This document shows, in pieces, positions 37,963 through 50,238 of a DNA stretch of 64,000 nt. The translations under genes and the position numbers were made by a program. Source of the DNA: Yuukianura sp. NJ FZ-2021. Taxonomy: Eukaryota. The stretch covers positions 62,001 through 126,000 of the forward strand of contig CM102285.1 in NCBI GenBank assembly GCA_046563655.1. Reading direction: 5' to 3'. The first letter of the stretch is position 1. The number at the start of each line of letters is the position of its first letter. The notes beneath the pieces were generated by a model that ran no database searches, had not been told where the DNA came from, and was given only the letters and a program-made list of their open reading frames with translations.

Positions 37963-39102
37963 TCAATCGATGGCCGGAAGTTCATGCGTTGCACAGTGAA
38001 TTCCACCGCCGCCAGCAGCTACTCCGTTGATTTCAACTGACAGGACACTTCTGCCCGGAAACTCCTCTTCGATAACTTTTATCGCCGCAGCATCAGCTGT
38101 TCTATCCCCAAATTTTGGAATGATAACTCCACCATTGAAAACGTAAAAGTTAACATACGTCGATACAAAAGTATTCTTATATCCTGGCGGAATTTTTATC
38201 TTGGATCTATCCGGTTCAAATAGATCGACTATCTCAAACGGTCGCCCTTTTGCATCCGTCTCTCGTCGTAGAATCCGGTCAGCCTCAGCAGCTGATTTAC
38301 TCCAAATGTCATCACTATCACAACCGTGACATGGACGTGTGATAATTACGCGCCCAGGGCGCGTGAATCGCACAATCGAATCGACATGGGCATCAGTTAT
38401 ATCCTTGTTTTTGATTCCCGGGAACCAGATGATTTTTTGAACTCCGAGATTCCGTTTCAGTTCCTGCTCTATCTGATGTTTAGTCTTCCCTTTATTCCGA
38501 TTATCATTGATTATTGAACTCTCCGTGGCCAATAGTGTACCGTCTCCGTCTGTTTCGAGCGAACCGCCTTCAGCGACAATATCCGATACGTGACGACGGA
38601 TGCCGAAGTGGCGCGTAAGTTTTCGGCCCAAAGCGGCATCCGAACCGTGCGGATTTTGCTTCCGACCCCAACCGTTGAAGTTGAAATCAGTACCGATGAG
38701 AGTTCGTTTCGTTTCGGAAGTTTCCTGATCTTCGGTCGTTTTGAAGACGAATACCGGTACGGTATCACGCGCCCAGAGGTCGTCCACTTTGATTTGCAAA
38801 AGGTCAACTTTTGAACTGACCAAGTTGTAAGCCCTGTCATAATCTTTGGGTGACACGATCATGGTGACTCTTTCGTATTCAGCAATCGCCGAAGCGATTC
38901 GAGCGATATCGCGCTGAACGTGCGGAAGAAGTTCGTACCAAATCGTCCGAGTTCCAGGAAATGACATGAAAGTCCGTTGGTGTTTGACGTGTTCAGCCGG
39001 GAAGTGGACCGAGGTCTCTGCTTGGATTTCTCTGGTCACGTTGAGGCCATTGGCCTTTGACCCCTGGAGAAATACAAAAATTAGCACGAAAAGTTCAAAC
39101 AT
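37963..39102 (-). CDS. Agmatine/peptidylarginine deiminase-family protein 2, predicted secreted
   Basis: Signal peptide MFELFVLIFVFLQGSKANG; DDLWARD, FNGWG, EGG, TDAHVD and GGGIHC intact; no coding introns. Confidence 0.9.
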   Translation of the reverse strand: MFELFVLIFVFLQGSKANGLNVTREIQAETSVHFPAEHVKHQRTFMSFPGTRTIWYELLPHVQRDIARIASAIAEYERVTMIVSPKDYDRAYNLVSSKVDLLQIKVDDLWARDTVPVFVFKTTEDQETSETKRTLIGTDFNFNGWGRKQNPHGSDAALGRKLTRHFGIRRHVSDIVAEGGSLETDGDGTLLATESSIINDNRNKGKTKHQIEQELKRNLGVQKIIWFPGIKNKDITDAHVDSIVRFTRPGRVIITRPCHGCDSDDIWSKSAAEADRILRRETDAKGRPFEIVDLFEPDRSKIKIPPGYKNTFVSTYVNFYVFNGGVIIPKFGDRTADAAAIKVIEEEFPGRSVLSVEINGVAAGGGGIHCATHELPAID

Positions 39103-40345
39103 TTTTGAACATTCGCGGAAACTAGAAAAGAGCGGCAGAAGTGGAGCAAAAAGGTAATAAAAAGATCAATTCAACACTGGAAAGTTGGAGTTCAAATTTG
39201 GAAATGAATTCTGAAATTTTAAAGTGAAATTTTATGCTGAACTTTTTTTTTGTGTGTTTTTATGTCAAAGAGGTTTTTCTGGAACAATGACAAAAAAAAG
39301 ATTGCGGTTGCATGACACGGAATGATGGATATGGTTTGGCAGTGCACTTGAATTCTGGAAATTTAACCATAGGGCAATATTAGAATGCTGGTAATCAATT
39401 TTACATTGTGATTACTTATAAGAATTGAAAAATTAATTGCATGATCTAATTAATTGCCGTTTCTTGACACTTCACGTCAGGAATCTTCGTTTGTTGCATC
39501 AAAGTAACACCACATGAACACCCCATGAACGCCCCAATGAATCCCACCAAAACGTGATCCCACCATTCGTGGCAACGTTTTATTGTAAGCACGATGCGGC
39601 TGAAGCTCTTGGGAAAAAAATTCGCAAGATTGGAATTAAAATGTTAAGCGCGAAGCTCTAATTTAGAATAGCGTTTCGCTACGACTTGCTACTAGGGATG
39701 TCCTTTGGACGTGGTTCATTTGATAAAAATTCAACTCATATATAACTTTTGGACATGGTCGAATTGATAAATATTTTATATAAAGTTTCTAACACAAATA
39801 AATATTGCTAAGAAAATTTCGAAATTTCAAAAATTATGAGAAATGTTTCTAATAAAATTAATTCTTCTTTTTTTGAAATCGAGTCGTGACAAGATTGTTG
39901 GGATTACAGTTCAATCGATGAACCTTTGCGTGACTTTCCTTCTGCTTCTTTTTTCAGACATTATTAGGTAGCGAAAGCCACTTCATGCATCGGCATTGTC
40001 TGGCTGTCTGTCTTTTTTTATCCGACCGGCAGTTAGCGGCAATTAGCTCGGACACGGCTCAGGAGTTCCGGGATCTGTTTGCGCTGGTGGACACTTCGTG
40101 AACCGCTTATGTTCAGTATTGAATATCATCCTGGTGGGTCAATACCTTCCGGGTATAGGGTCAAAGTCAACCATTTAAGTGAAGTCAACTTAACGTATGT
40201 TAACGTTTGTCAAGGTAACGTAAGAAATTACGTGTACAAAAGTTGTTCCTCTTATCGAAACCATCAACTTTTGTGCACATCACTCACAAGTGACCGCCTT
40301 CTGAGTCAAAGTTTTTTTCTTTTTCTCGTTTATAACCATACTGCG

Positions 40346-40776
40346 CACAGTGGGGCAGAATCAAAAATAACACGCCACGGTTGTTAGGGGAAACGTTAAA
40401 TGAAATTTAGGAATTACATTGAAATTGAATGCCAAAATCGGGATTTAGAAAGATCGAAATCCCGAAAAATCCCGGTAACCGAATGTCAATCTGGATGTTG
40501 GAATAAAAACTAGACACCGTCACGTACCAATTGCGACCACCATTTCTTGCCAATTTGCCAATTTTGGATTTTTAACTGATTTTTGAAGTTGGTGTAAAAT
40601 TCGGTCTATGAGGGGTCACCTAGGTCACCAACTATACAATTGAAAACGCACAGTGTTTAGAGTTGCTATGTTGATAATTTGGTGACTGTTTTGCCTCCAT
40701 AATTTCGTGTTTTCCAACAATTAATTTGTTTCCTCCGAAACGCTTGTCGTTGTTTATTCGAATCGACCCCACTGTG
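40346..40776. mobile_element. 431-bp non-autonomous Transib-like DNA transposon
   Basis: Both ends begin CACAGTGGGG; 5-bp TSD CTGCG at 40341-40345 and 40777-40781. Confidence 0.8.
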
Positions 40777-41077
40777 CTGCGTTCTACTTCACCATGACGT
40801 GTCCAAAGTGACCAGCCGTTTGCAATTGCAGCTGAAACTTTCCTTACACCGGTTGACAATCCTTTATTCATAATTTACTATATCTAGCTACTACCTAACT
40901 ATATTACACCCTCAAGGCGGAATGCTTGTTTTTGTGCATTACGTGACATACGTGACTTGCTTCGAAGTGTATTAATCGGATCTGCCAATTCTGGAATGTG
41001 TCATTTTCCCGTCGTCCATAGTGTCAGACTAAGGATCTATCATATCAGTGACTCCTTGGATTTAAAAAATTGGCACA

Positions 41078-44000
41078 ATGGATACAAAAAGTGTTCTGTT
41101 TGCAGTTATCGTCGTAATTTGTGGTGGATTTAAGTTATCGAGTTCCGTTTTTATCGAATACTTGAATCTGGATTTGTATTTGGGCGGAAGTTGGGCCAAT
41201 TGCTACAATCATGTGATCATGAATTCCAACTACACAAACCTCTACAGTTCATACGCCTTAACACTTTCTCAAAATGGAAACATGCCTTATCCTGGTCGTT
41301 ATGCAAGTAGTTCGTGCGCTGTGGTGACAAGGAGGCTCAATGTCACTGAAGTGACCAGGCCGGGGTTCTGTCCAAAAGATAAGCCCCACTACTTCACACG
41401 GAAGGTGTATTGCGTAGGTGTCACTTCTATTTTCCCGTCGAAGGATGACGATGATTTTGCTATGTTTGAATACTTGGAAGATTATTGGTTGCCGGAAGTC
41501 CTTTTCAAGCGTGAAACTCCAAATCATCCACCACACAAGATACGAACTGTGACAATGGCAGAGGCATTTCATATGCATTCAACTCTGCTACAAGTAGTAA
41601 CAGACTCCTGCGCCGTTTCGCCTACCTTAAAAACAACACCAGCAGAGAAGAGGGCCGCTAGACGCAAGTACGGGCGTAACTTGAGTAAATTTGTGGTGAG
41701 AGTAACCTACATGGAATGCAACAGAACGTCAGTAGGTAGCGAATTTGAAATATCAGTTGGAATTCCTGGGTTGTGCATTTCAGCATTCTTGGTATTAAAG
41801 AACAATCGTCTGCCGTTCTTTTTTAACTTTGAATCGGTTCAGCAACAAGTGGTTAAGACGTTGCCGATACGTCTAACGTCAGCAGAAGGCGGGCTATACA
41901 TTTTTATTATGTATTCAGCATTGGATCAATTTGTTACGGCTCCTTTCAACCAAAGTCGTCACCGTAACACAGAAGCAGGTAAAAAGTTATTGAAATTACA
42001 ATATTGATTGTATTTTATTTTAATTTCTAAATGTCAATCTTAATTTTGTTGGCTTGAATCAAACTGAGACGTAGTTAAGCTGACCTAGCTAAAAACAAAG
42101 TTTATTGTTTGTTATGTTTATGAGTTAGGTCAAGTAATGCATTTTCTTTAATGACCCTGTTCCCAGCAAATCTAAGGTTAGGATGATGGAAGATTTTTAG
42201 ATGACTGCTGGGTGACTCAGAGAAGCTTCTAGAAGGTTTTGTTGATATATTATGATTTGAAGATCAAAATAAAACAGGAGTTGCATTTGAACCTCTCATG
42301 AAGATTCATCCGCTGGAAAAATTTTACTTAAACCAAAAATTTTCTAACAAAAGTGTAGAACGCAATATTAGACAACGTTGGCAGTTCGTATTTGGGTAAC
42401 AGGCAGTGTATTCTGAAATGTAAGAACAGGCACGAATTTTAAATCTACAATCTTTTCCTCTTTTCTGCTCAACTCAAGGTTGTTATAGGTACCACCCATT
42501 TATACTAAGGAGCTAATAGGTTATGCTATAACTCTTTTTAAAAAACAAAAAACAAACTTTGGATCTCGTTTTCTTTACAAGGCGCGAGGTAAACCAATCG
42601 TACAAAAATTTAAAAACAAACAATTTTATAAAAAAAAAAGGAATTATGGCACAACCTATTAAGAAACAATAAAGGAAATTTTGATGCAAGCAACCTTGTT
42701 TCAACCCGTTTCTGGTTTGTATTCTTAATATGGAGTACTATTAGATTAAGAGGGAGAACGTGAGCAATAATCTACATCCAAAAAGTTAATTTTGCCAACC
42801 TTCCTTATTCTACGTTGCAATTTTTGATTTTGAATGTAGCTAGTTTTGAAAATATGTACACAATTTCCCAATGTTGTTTCGTTTATTATCATTCACGTTT
42901 TTGTTGAGTATTAAAAAAATGTTGTTTGTTTAATATTTATAGCTGAAATATTCGTTTCGTTTGAAATTCATCCTGGCCACGACCGATGGGCTATGATGTG
43001 GACATATCCGTTATGGGGCTTAGACATATATGGCTGCACATGCTACCGAGAAGGTGTTGATTTGGGAGTTGGAGACTATATTCGTCCTTATTCGTTCGCA
43101 GCGTGGATCGGCATACTTGGCTCACTTACACTCGCCTGTACATTTTTTGCGGTATGCCCGCACTATAGGGCTGTCTCGCTTCAAGTAACTGCATTTATGT
43201 ACTCAATCTTACTAGAAGTTGGTTTCTCATTTCCGACGGTAGGAGGGATACGCGGGAAAGGACTCCAAATATTTAGCGTAATATTTCTGTTTGTGGCACT
43301 GGTGGTTACAAATGGGTACAAGGGAGTTGTGACAACGTCCCTTGCACTACCATTTCCCATAAGGGAGCTGGATTCCTTTGAAATGGCGATTGAGCGAAAC
43401 TTCACAATTCTGGACGACTGGCCTCTGCGATATAGGTTATACGACGTATGTTGCAACCACCCACATCGTCTCGGAAAGATTCTTGGTCCAGAGAAAGACT
43501 CGGCAGAAATAGGGGGAGAGACGTGCGCCGAATACCTTACCTCCGAATCACAGCGCCACTACATGAACAACCTCAAAGGCGTTGGTGTCAGAGCACCACC
43601 TTTGCCCGGCACAATGTCCTCCGTTGACATTGCACAAATGTCCATGCATCACGTCAAAGACAACGGAGTCAATGGGGTCATCGCTTATAACTTCCTCAAA
43701 AACCTGCGCATCTTGCCCTGTGGATTGTCTTTTGCAGAAACGTTCAAAAAATGCAATAGAGAAGTCGTGGTTCGGAATTTGCCAAGTAGAAGGGTGGGTC
43801 ATGCAACCACCAAAGGGGAGTTGGATTTCCTTTGGAAATCTCATTTGGGACACAATTTCACAGGGACACCGTACAACTTCCTGGATAAAACCATGTTTCT
43901 CCGGGATATCATGCTTGTGAGTCGTCTCAAAGTGCAAAGCGGCTACGACTTAACAAAGGGTCTGAGGCGGTTAGCCGAGTCAGGAACAATGCTGAGTCGT

Positions 44001-44471
44001 GTGGACACAGTTCAGGACTTGGAAATGAGAAAGAATGTTCAATTCGCGCTCAAAATGTCGGCGCAAAGGAGAGATGGGCCGAGGAAATTGGATTTGGGGT
44101 CTAGAATGTGTCTCGTTTTTGGCCTTTTGCCGCTTGGTTTCCTACTCTCTTTGGCCTGTGTTACGCTCGAAGTTGGATTCCTTCCTCTCTTCTTATTGAC
44201 GAAAAATAGGATTACAAGACTCATTCAAAAACTATTTAACAATGAGATACAAATGTTCCGTAACCAGGTCCTATTCCAGCAACGTACTTTTGATAGGATA
44301 GTGTACAGTGTCAAAAAGTGCTTTTTGTGTAACTTTTCACAAAATTCCGCTTGGAATTCTAACAATGCAAAAAAGTATTTCTTCAGAATTGCTGATTACC
44401 TCACAAGCATTTTTCTCTACATTTGTCACACTATATTGTCATGCATAAAAAGCAGTAATGTTGAAGGATGA
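41078..44471 (+). CDS. Divergent ionotropic receptor (IR/iGluR-like) membrane protein (exons 41078-41978, 42943-44471)
   Basis: Signal peptide; YIRPYSFAAWIGIL (pre-M1/M1); FVALVVTNGYKGVVTTSLALP (M2/M3-like); LRRLAESG; final TM after KLDL; phase-1 intron joins the two ORFs in frame. Confidence 0.7.
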
Positions 44472-45601
44472 ACTTCTTTGCAATAATTGTAAGATTCTTC
44501 GTAATTTGTATACGTCGTATAATACATGTCATGTTTTTATTTCAAAATTGAAATAAATTACTCGGATAGTTCTTTTGCCACAAGTAACTTCCTTTTTAAC
44601 GTAATTAACTTCCTATGTAACGTCGACTTTTAACGCGACATTTTAAAAAATGAATTTTGTTTCTACGTTGCGTCTAATCGGATGTTGAACCATCAATAAG
44701 TTTACAGAACAGGTTTCGTTTAAACCTTGACGTTTCTCTCTAAACCTTTTGTAACTTTTAATTTAAATTTTAACTTTTAACTAACCCTTTTTAACTTTTA
44801 ATTTAAAACTTCAATTTCGCCTTATGCTCTTTACACCTGTTTCTTTGAAAGGTTTGAAAAAGTTTGGTTAAAAAAAATCAGTAAATCAATAGCTTTTCCT
44901 AACGACTAACTTTCTTCTAGTAGTATAATAGATTTATTCCAGCCAGCCAATCATTAGGTTTAAGTGCTATGTTACCAGTCAAAATTACTACTAATTTGAA
45001 TCTACTTAAACTTTGATGTAAGTTCATATTTATATGTAACTCTTATGTAAACACATACATGATGTTCAAACAGGCTTTTTTTCAAACAGACCTGTCAAAC
45101 AGACTTTTTTTCAAACAATGTCACAAGTTTTTTGTGGTTGCATGACGGATATGGCTTGTGCGCTTGAATTTCTGAAATTTGACGTCTACGTAATACCATG
45201 ATCTAATTAATTGCCGTTTCGATACACTTTTAACGTCAGGTATTTTCGTTTATTGCGTCAAAGTTCGGTAGAATTTTTGGATTTCACATGAACCCCCTAA
45301 TGAAACTTAGCTTTTTTATTCCAAGGCGATCTTGATAGAGATCGATTGCTAGCGCTATTGAGCGGATCCGGGGCTGCGCCCCAGCGAGCAAACGAAGCAT
45401 TCTCGTTATTGTTAAAATTAATTCTGAATTTTTATGTTTTTATGTCAGTGGATCTTATGGATTTATTCCCGCCAATCATCCAATTTGATTGACATTTTTT
45501 ACTACCAGTCGAATTTACTAGAGTTAATTTTTGAATTTACATAAATTTTATGTAACTTGATGCAACTTTATGTTTATGTAACTTTTATATATTCAAGATG
45601 T

Positions 45602-46735
45602 TCAATCGCTAGCTGGAAGTTCGTGAGTTGCACAGTGAATTCCACCGCCACCAGCAGCTACACCGTTGATTTCAACAGACAGGACACTTCTGCCCGGAAA
45701 CTCCTGTTCCATCACTTTTATCGCCGCATCATCAGCTGTTTTATCTCCAAACTTCGGAATGATAACTCCACCATTGAAAACGTAGAAGTTGACATAGGTC
45801 GATACAAAACTGTATCCATATCCTGGCGGAATTTTTATCTTCTTTCTATCCGGTTCAAACAGATCAACTATCTCAAACGGACGTCCTTTTGCATCCGTCT
45901 CTCCGCGCAGAATCTGCTCAGCTTCGGCAGCCGCTTTGCTCCAAATGTCATCAGCTGGACAACCCGGACACGGACGGGTGATAATTACGCGCCCAGGGCG
46001 CGCAAACCGTACAAACGCATCGACATGCGCATCAGTGATATCCTTGCCATAGATGCCCGGGAACCAAATGACTTTTTGAACTCCAAGATCCCGCTTCAAT
46101 TCTTCCTCTATCTGAGATTTAGTCTTCCCTTTATTCCGATTATCATTGATTATCGAGCTTTCTGTGGCCAATAGCGTACCGTCTCCGTCGGTTTCGAGCG
46201 AACCGCCTTCGGCAACAAGTTCCGACTGATGCCGAGGAATGTCCAAGTGATTCAGTAGTTTTCGGGCCAAGGCGGCATCCGAATCGTGTGGAAATTGTTT
46301 CCGACCCCAACCGTTGAAGTTGTAATCAGTTCCGATCAGAGTTCGTTTCGTTCCGGAAGATTCTTGATCTTGTGTTGTGTTGAAGACGAATACCGGTACG
46401 GTATCACGCGCCCAGAGGTCGTCGACCTGGAACTGCAAAATGTCAACTTTGCGACTGACCAAGTTATAGGCCCTGTCATAGTCTTTAGGTGACGTGATGA
46501 GCGTGACTCGTTCGTACTCGGCAATGGCTGAAGCGACTCGAGCGATATCGCGCTGAACTTGTGGGAGTAATTCGTACCAAATAGACCGAGTTCCAGGAAA
46601 TGTCATGAAAGTCCGGTCGTGTTTGTCGTGTTCAGCCGGGAAGTGGAGGTCATTGCCCTCTGACCCCGACAGAACAAGAAACAACGCCAAGAGTTTCAAC
46701 GTTTTTGCAAAGTTCTGAGGATTAGACGCCCCCAT
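45602..46735 (-). CDS. Agmatine/peptidylarginine deiminase-family protein 3, predicted secreted; close paralog of copy 2
   Basis: KTLKLLALFLVLSGSEG signal; DDLWARD, FNGWG, EGG, TDAHVD and GGGIHC intact. Confidence 0.9.
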   Translation of the reverse strand: MGASNPQNFAKTLKLLALFLVLSGSEGNDLHFPAEHDKHDRTFMTFPGTRSIWYELLPQVQRDIARVASAIAEYERVTLITSPKDYDRAYNLVSRKVDILQFQVDDLWARDTVPVFVFNTTQDQESSGTKRTLIGTDYNFNGWGRKQFPHDSDAALARKLLNHLDIPRHQSELVAEGGSLETDGDGTLLATESSIINDNRNKGKTKSQIEEELKRDLGVQKVIWFPGIYGKDITDAHVDAFVRFARPGRVIITRPCPGCPADDIWSKAAAEAEQILRGETDAKGRPFEIVDLFEPDRKKIKIPPGYGYSFVSTYVNFYVFNGGVIIPKFGDKTADDAAIKVMEQEFPGRSVLSVEINGVAAGGGGIHCATHELPASD

Positions 46736-47494
46736 TTCTGGAAAAAAAAGAAGGAAAAGAATTACTGGACTAAAAAATTGAACTTGAAAGTTAGTATAAA
46801 TAGAAATTTTGAAACGAATTCTGATAATTTTGAATTGAATTCTGAAATTTTAAAAGTAAAATTTATTTTGAACTTTTTTTTTTGCGTTTTTATGTCAAAC
46901 AGACTTTTTTCAAACAATGTCATGAGTTTTTCTGTGGTTGCATGACGCATGGGAATGGCGGATATGGTTGGCTTGTGCTCTTGAATTTGTGAAATTTGAT
47001 GTCTGCGCAATACTACGAGTGATTAATTCAGACTTCTGATTAATGGAATTTACAATTACTTGGATAAAATTACAATAATCAACTAATTACTTGTAATTAA
47101 TTACTTAGCTACTTACTTTAATTACAATAATTACCTAATTAGATGTGATTCTGTGACCTTTTAAGGTCCGTTTTTGGTGCAATTGGACTCAAAAATTGGA
47201 GTTACAAATGTAAAAGTTGCAATTTGGGAATGAATTCTGAAAAACCAAATTCTAAACTCTTTTCTTTGTGTTTTTATGCCAAAAAAGATTTTCTGGAACA
47301 ATGAAAAATTTTTTTTTCGGTTTTTACGCTTATGAAGTGACTGATATGGTTTGTTTATGGAAATTCTGGAAATTTCGAGTACCAGCACGTAGCACGGGAT
47401 GCTGATAATTGATTGTCTTTTGTGAAGAGTTAATTGTGATTAATTACAATAATTAACTAATTAGTTTATGTAGCTACAAGAATTGAAATGTCCC

Positions 47495-47575
47495 AGGCCC
47501 ATAGTCGGAAGGTATAGAGCGTGTCTCTACTCTACCAACGATTTGGACGGTCGCGTGTTCGAATCCCAGCGTCCT
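47495..47575 (+). repeat. tRNA-derived SINE-like fragment
   Basis: TAGTCGGAAGG A-box-like element and GTTCGAATCCC B box. Confidence 0.4.
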
Positions 47576-47702
47576 AAACAGGTAAGTCGTTTTCCAGAGA
47601 TGGGTTTTCCACTTTCCTAGCCCAGATTACAATAATTAACTAATTATTTCTAATTAACTATGACAATTAACTAATTAATTCGGATCCTATGACCTCTAAA
47701 GG

Positions 47703-48755
47703 TCAATTTGGTGCAGTATACGGAAGGTCGTGCGTTGCACAATGAATTCCTCCACCACCGGATGCTAAAGCGCTGATTTCAACTGCGACGATTTCTCTGC
47801 CCGGAAATTCTCTGCGCAGAACATTCTGTGCAGCCTCGTCTGCTTCTTCATCTCCAAATTTTGGTAAAACCACTACTCCATTGGCGACATAAAAATTTGC
47901 ATAACTTGCAACAAAAGTGTTCGGGTCACCGACGATTTTGATTTTTTCAAAATTCGGTTCAAAAAGTTCAACAATTTCAAAATTTCGGCCTTCAGCATCC
48001 GTTTCCCGCCGGAGCACTTCCAGCGCCTGCGCAGAAGATTTTGTCCAGACGTCTTCCTTAGAATTTTTGTGTCCTGGACATGGACGATTGACCAGAACAC
48101 GACCTGGACGAACAAACCGGACGAGACAATCGACATGGGCGTCAGTGATATCTTGACCTTTGACCCCTTTGAACCAAATGACCTTACGAACACCAAGGAC
48201 ATGTTTCAGTTCATCTTCAATTTGAATTTTAGTTTTCCCGGGGTTTCTGTTTTCATTGATCAAAGAACTTTCCGTGACGAGCAGCGTTCCAGCTCCGTCG
48301 GTCTCCAGTGCTCCGCCTTCTGTCGTCAAATTTGAATTTTCCCGCTGAATTTTTAAATTTTCGATCAACTTTCCCGCCAAAACGGAGTCTTGCGCATACC
48401 GATAGCCCTTACGGCCCCACCCGTTGAAGTTAAAGTCAACTCCGGCGACATTTCGTTGACCTTGAGATTCTTTGACGGTGAATACTGGAAGAGTATCTCT
48501 GGCCCAGAGGTCATCCACTGGCAAGGTCAAGAGGTCAACTTTGGAGGTCACGAGGTCTCTCGCTGTGTCGGTGTCTTTTGGTGACACGATAAGTGTCACG
48601 GGTTCAAATTTGGCAATCGCTGCAGCGATTCCAGCCACATCACGCTGAACAGCGTTCAGCATTTTCTTCGTTTCCCAAATATAAGTACTGCCTGGCCAGC
48701 ACATGAATGTTCTCTCGTGACGATCCGATTCTGCCGGGAAGTGGACTTTGGCCAT
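47703..48755 (-). CDS. Agmatine deiminase-family protein 4, no signal peptide (350 aa)
   Basis: Starts MAKVHFPAE like bacterial AguA; DDLWARD, FNGWG, EGG, TDAHVD and GGGGIHC intact. Confidence 0.9.
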   Translation of the reverse strand: MAKVHFPAESDRHERTFMCWPGSTYIWETKKMLNAVQRDVAGIAAAIAKFEPVTLIVSPKDTDTARDLVTSKVDLLTLPVDDLWARDTLPVFTVKESQGQRNVAGVDFNFNGWGRKGYRYAQDSVLAGKLIENLKIQRENSNLTTEGGALETDGAGTLLVTESSLINENRNPGKTKIQIEDELKHVLGVRKVIWFKGVKGQDITDAHVDCLVRFVRPGRVLVNRPCPGHKNSKEDVWTKSSAQALEVLRRETDAEGRNFEIVELFEPNFEKIKIVGDPNTFVASYANFYVANGVVVLPKFGDEEADEAAQNVLRREFPGREIVAVEISALASGGGGIHCATHDLPYTAPN

Positions 48756-49877
48756 TTTTGAATTTGGCGGCTTTTGTGATGGTGCTGAATTGACCGTAAT
48801 AAAAGTGTTCGTAATTTGTCAATTTTCAAAAAGGAAAAGTTCTTGGTCGAAATTTTATTTTAGGAGTAGGATTTGATGAGATTTTAAAGTGAAGTTTTGG
48901 AATTTTTAAATATTGAAGTTTTCAAATGTTGAGATCAGACCTTGGGTAGTTGAAGTGCTGAATTGAGATGCAGAGCAAAGATGATGCGGAAGTTGAAGTG
49001 GAAGAAGAACGGAGTTAAATTTAATCAACCAATTAACTACTTTGTTGCGGGAATTGAAATTAGCACACCACATTTTCCACAACCTATTTGTGTGGTTTAA
49101 CTTTAAAAATCAGCTGACCTTTAACTGTAGCTTAACACAGAACTTTAATACCTTTGACCTTCTATTAGTCGAAATAAACGAAAAATTATAAACCTGCTTG
49201 TGCTTACTTGTTTTTGTTGTAATTCACAATTTAGTTAGTCAATCACCGATTAATTAATTCTTTTTTTTTTAGTTTTTGTATGGAACCACACCTTTTTTTC
49301 TGCTTTTTTACAATGTGAAAAAATCACAAAAGAGAAAAGTAGAGGATCGATTCAAGGTCAAAGATGATTACTTATTTAAACAAATGCAACGACGCAAACG
49401 CTGTTCCTAAACTAGCTGGGTCTCTTCTCTTAACTTCTTTTTTTTTCATATTTAAAATTTCTTTGTCAGAAAAAGAATGTTTTTGAAAATTTTCGAAGTT
49501 ACATTACATTTTAGAAATTGTTTTTAGCCTGATCATGAATTTAATTTTAAGTTGTAAACTATAAAGGCGTATGGATCTACCTCACAAGAGGGTTTTCACG
49601 AAGAAGTATTTGGTTGAGTAACTTCAATCCATAAAAGATTAAAGGAAAGTGTTCCTCCAACTGAATGTCAAATTTTATAAAGCATCAGACAGTACAAGTT
49701 AGTGAATCATCACCATTTATATGCATCAGGTCATATTAACTATAAATAAAGTTCACTTTACTTGCCACACAAATCTTATAACAAACTCCAGTTGGCCTTG
49801 GCAGTGCACATAGAAGATCAAATTCTTGCAACAACTTCCAACGGTCCTCATTTGTTTGTGCTAAGTTAGCATCTGAC

Positions 49878-50238
49878 TGGAGTAAGGCTGACAGCCGAGG
49901 TTGTAAAACTCCACTGTAACCCCCAATTGTATTCTAAAATGACACAAAAAATATTGAATATTTAAATATAGTTAGTTTCATTCATTATGCCCCACTGTTC
50001 GACGCTTATTCCGAATCGCTCACTTTGAATTGTCTATTCTAAATCGCTCATTCGACATCGTCAGGACAGCATGCTTTCCTGGCAAAGTTATGTTTTAAAT
50101 GTGTAGCTATGTCGATTAATAAAATATATTTTATGGAAAAAAAGCGACAGTTGGGGGTTACAGTAGCGCGTTGCAATTTTTGGTTACAGTGGTGAGGTAG
50201 AATAGGCGGTTACAATCCGCACTATTAGCCTTACTCCA
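49878..50238. mobile_element. ~360-bp MITE-like element with terminal and subterminal inverted repeats
   Basis: TGGAGTAAGGCTGACAG ... CTATTAGCCTTACTCCA; internal ctgtaacccccaa / ttgggggttacag; no clear TSD. Confidence 0.6.

Noticed and set aside
39640-39700. Helitron 3' end (hairpin plus CTAG)
   Set aside because: Only a weak hairpin, with no matching 5' TC end or second copy in the window
29457-48755. Bacterial contamination as the source of the deiminase and TPS genes
   Set aside because: The genes are interleaved with intron-rich host genes, have AT-rich host-like flanks, introns or splice acceptors and eukaryotic-style targeting signals, and show no operon structure; long-read confirmation is still desirable
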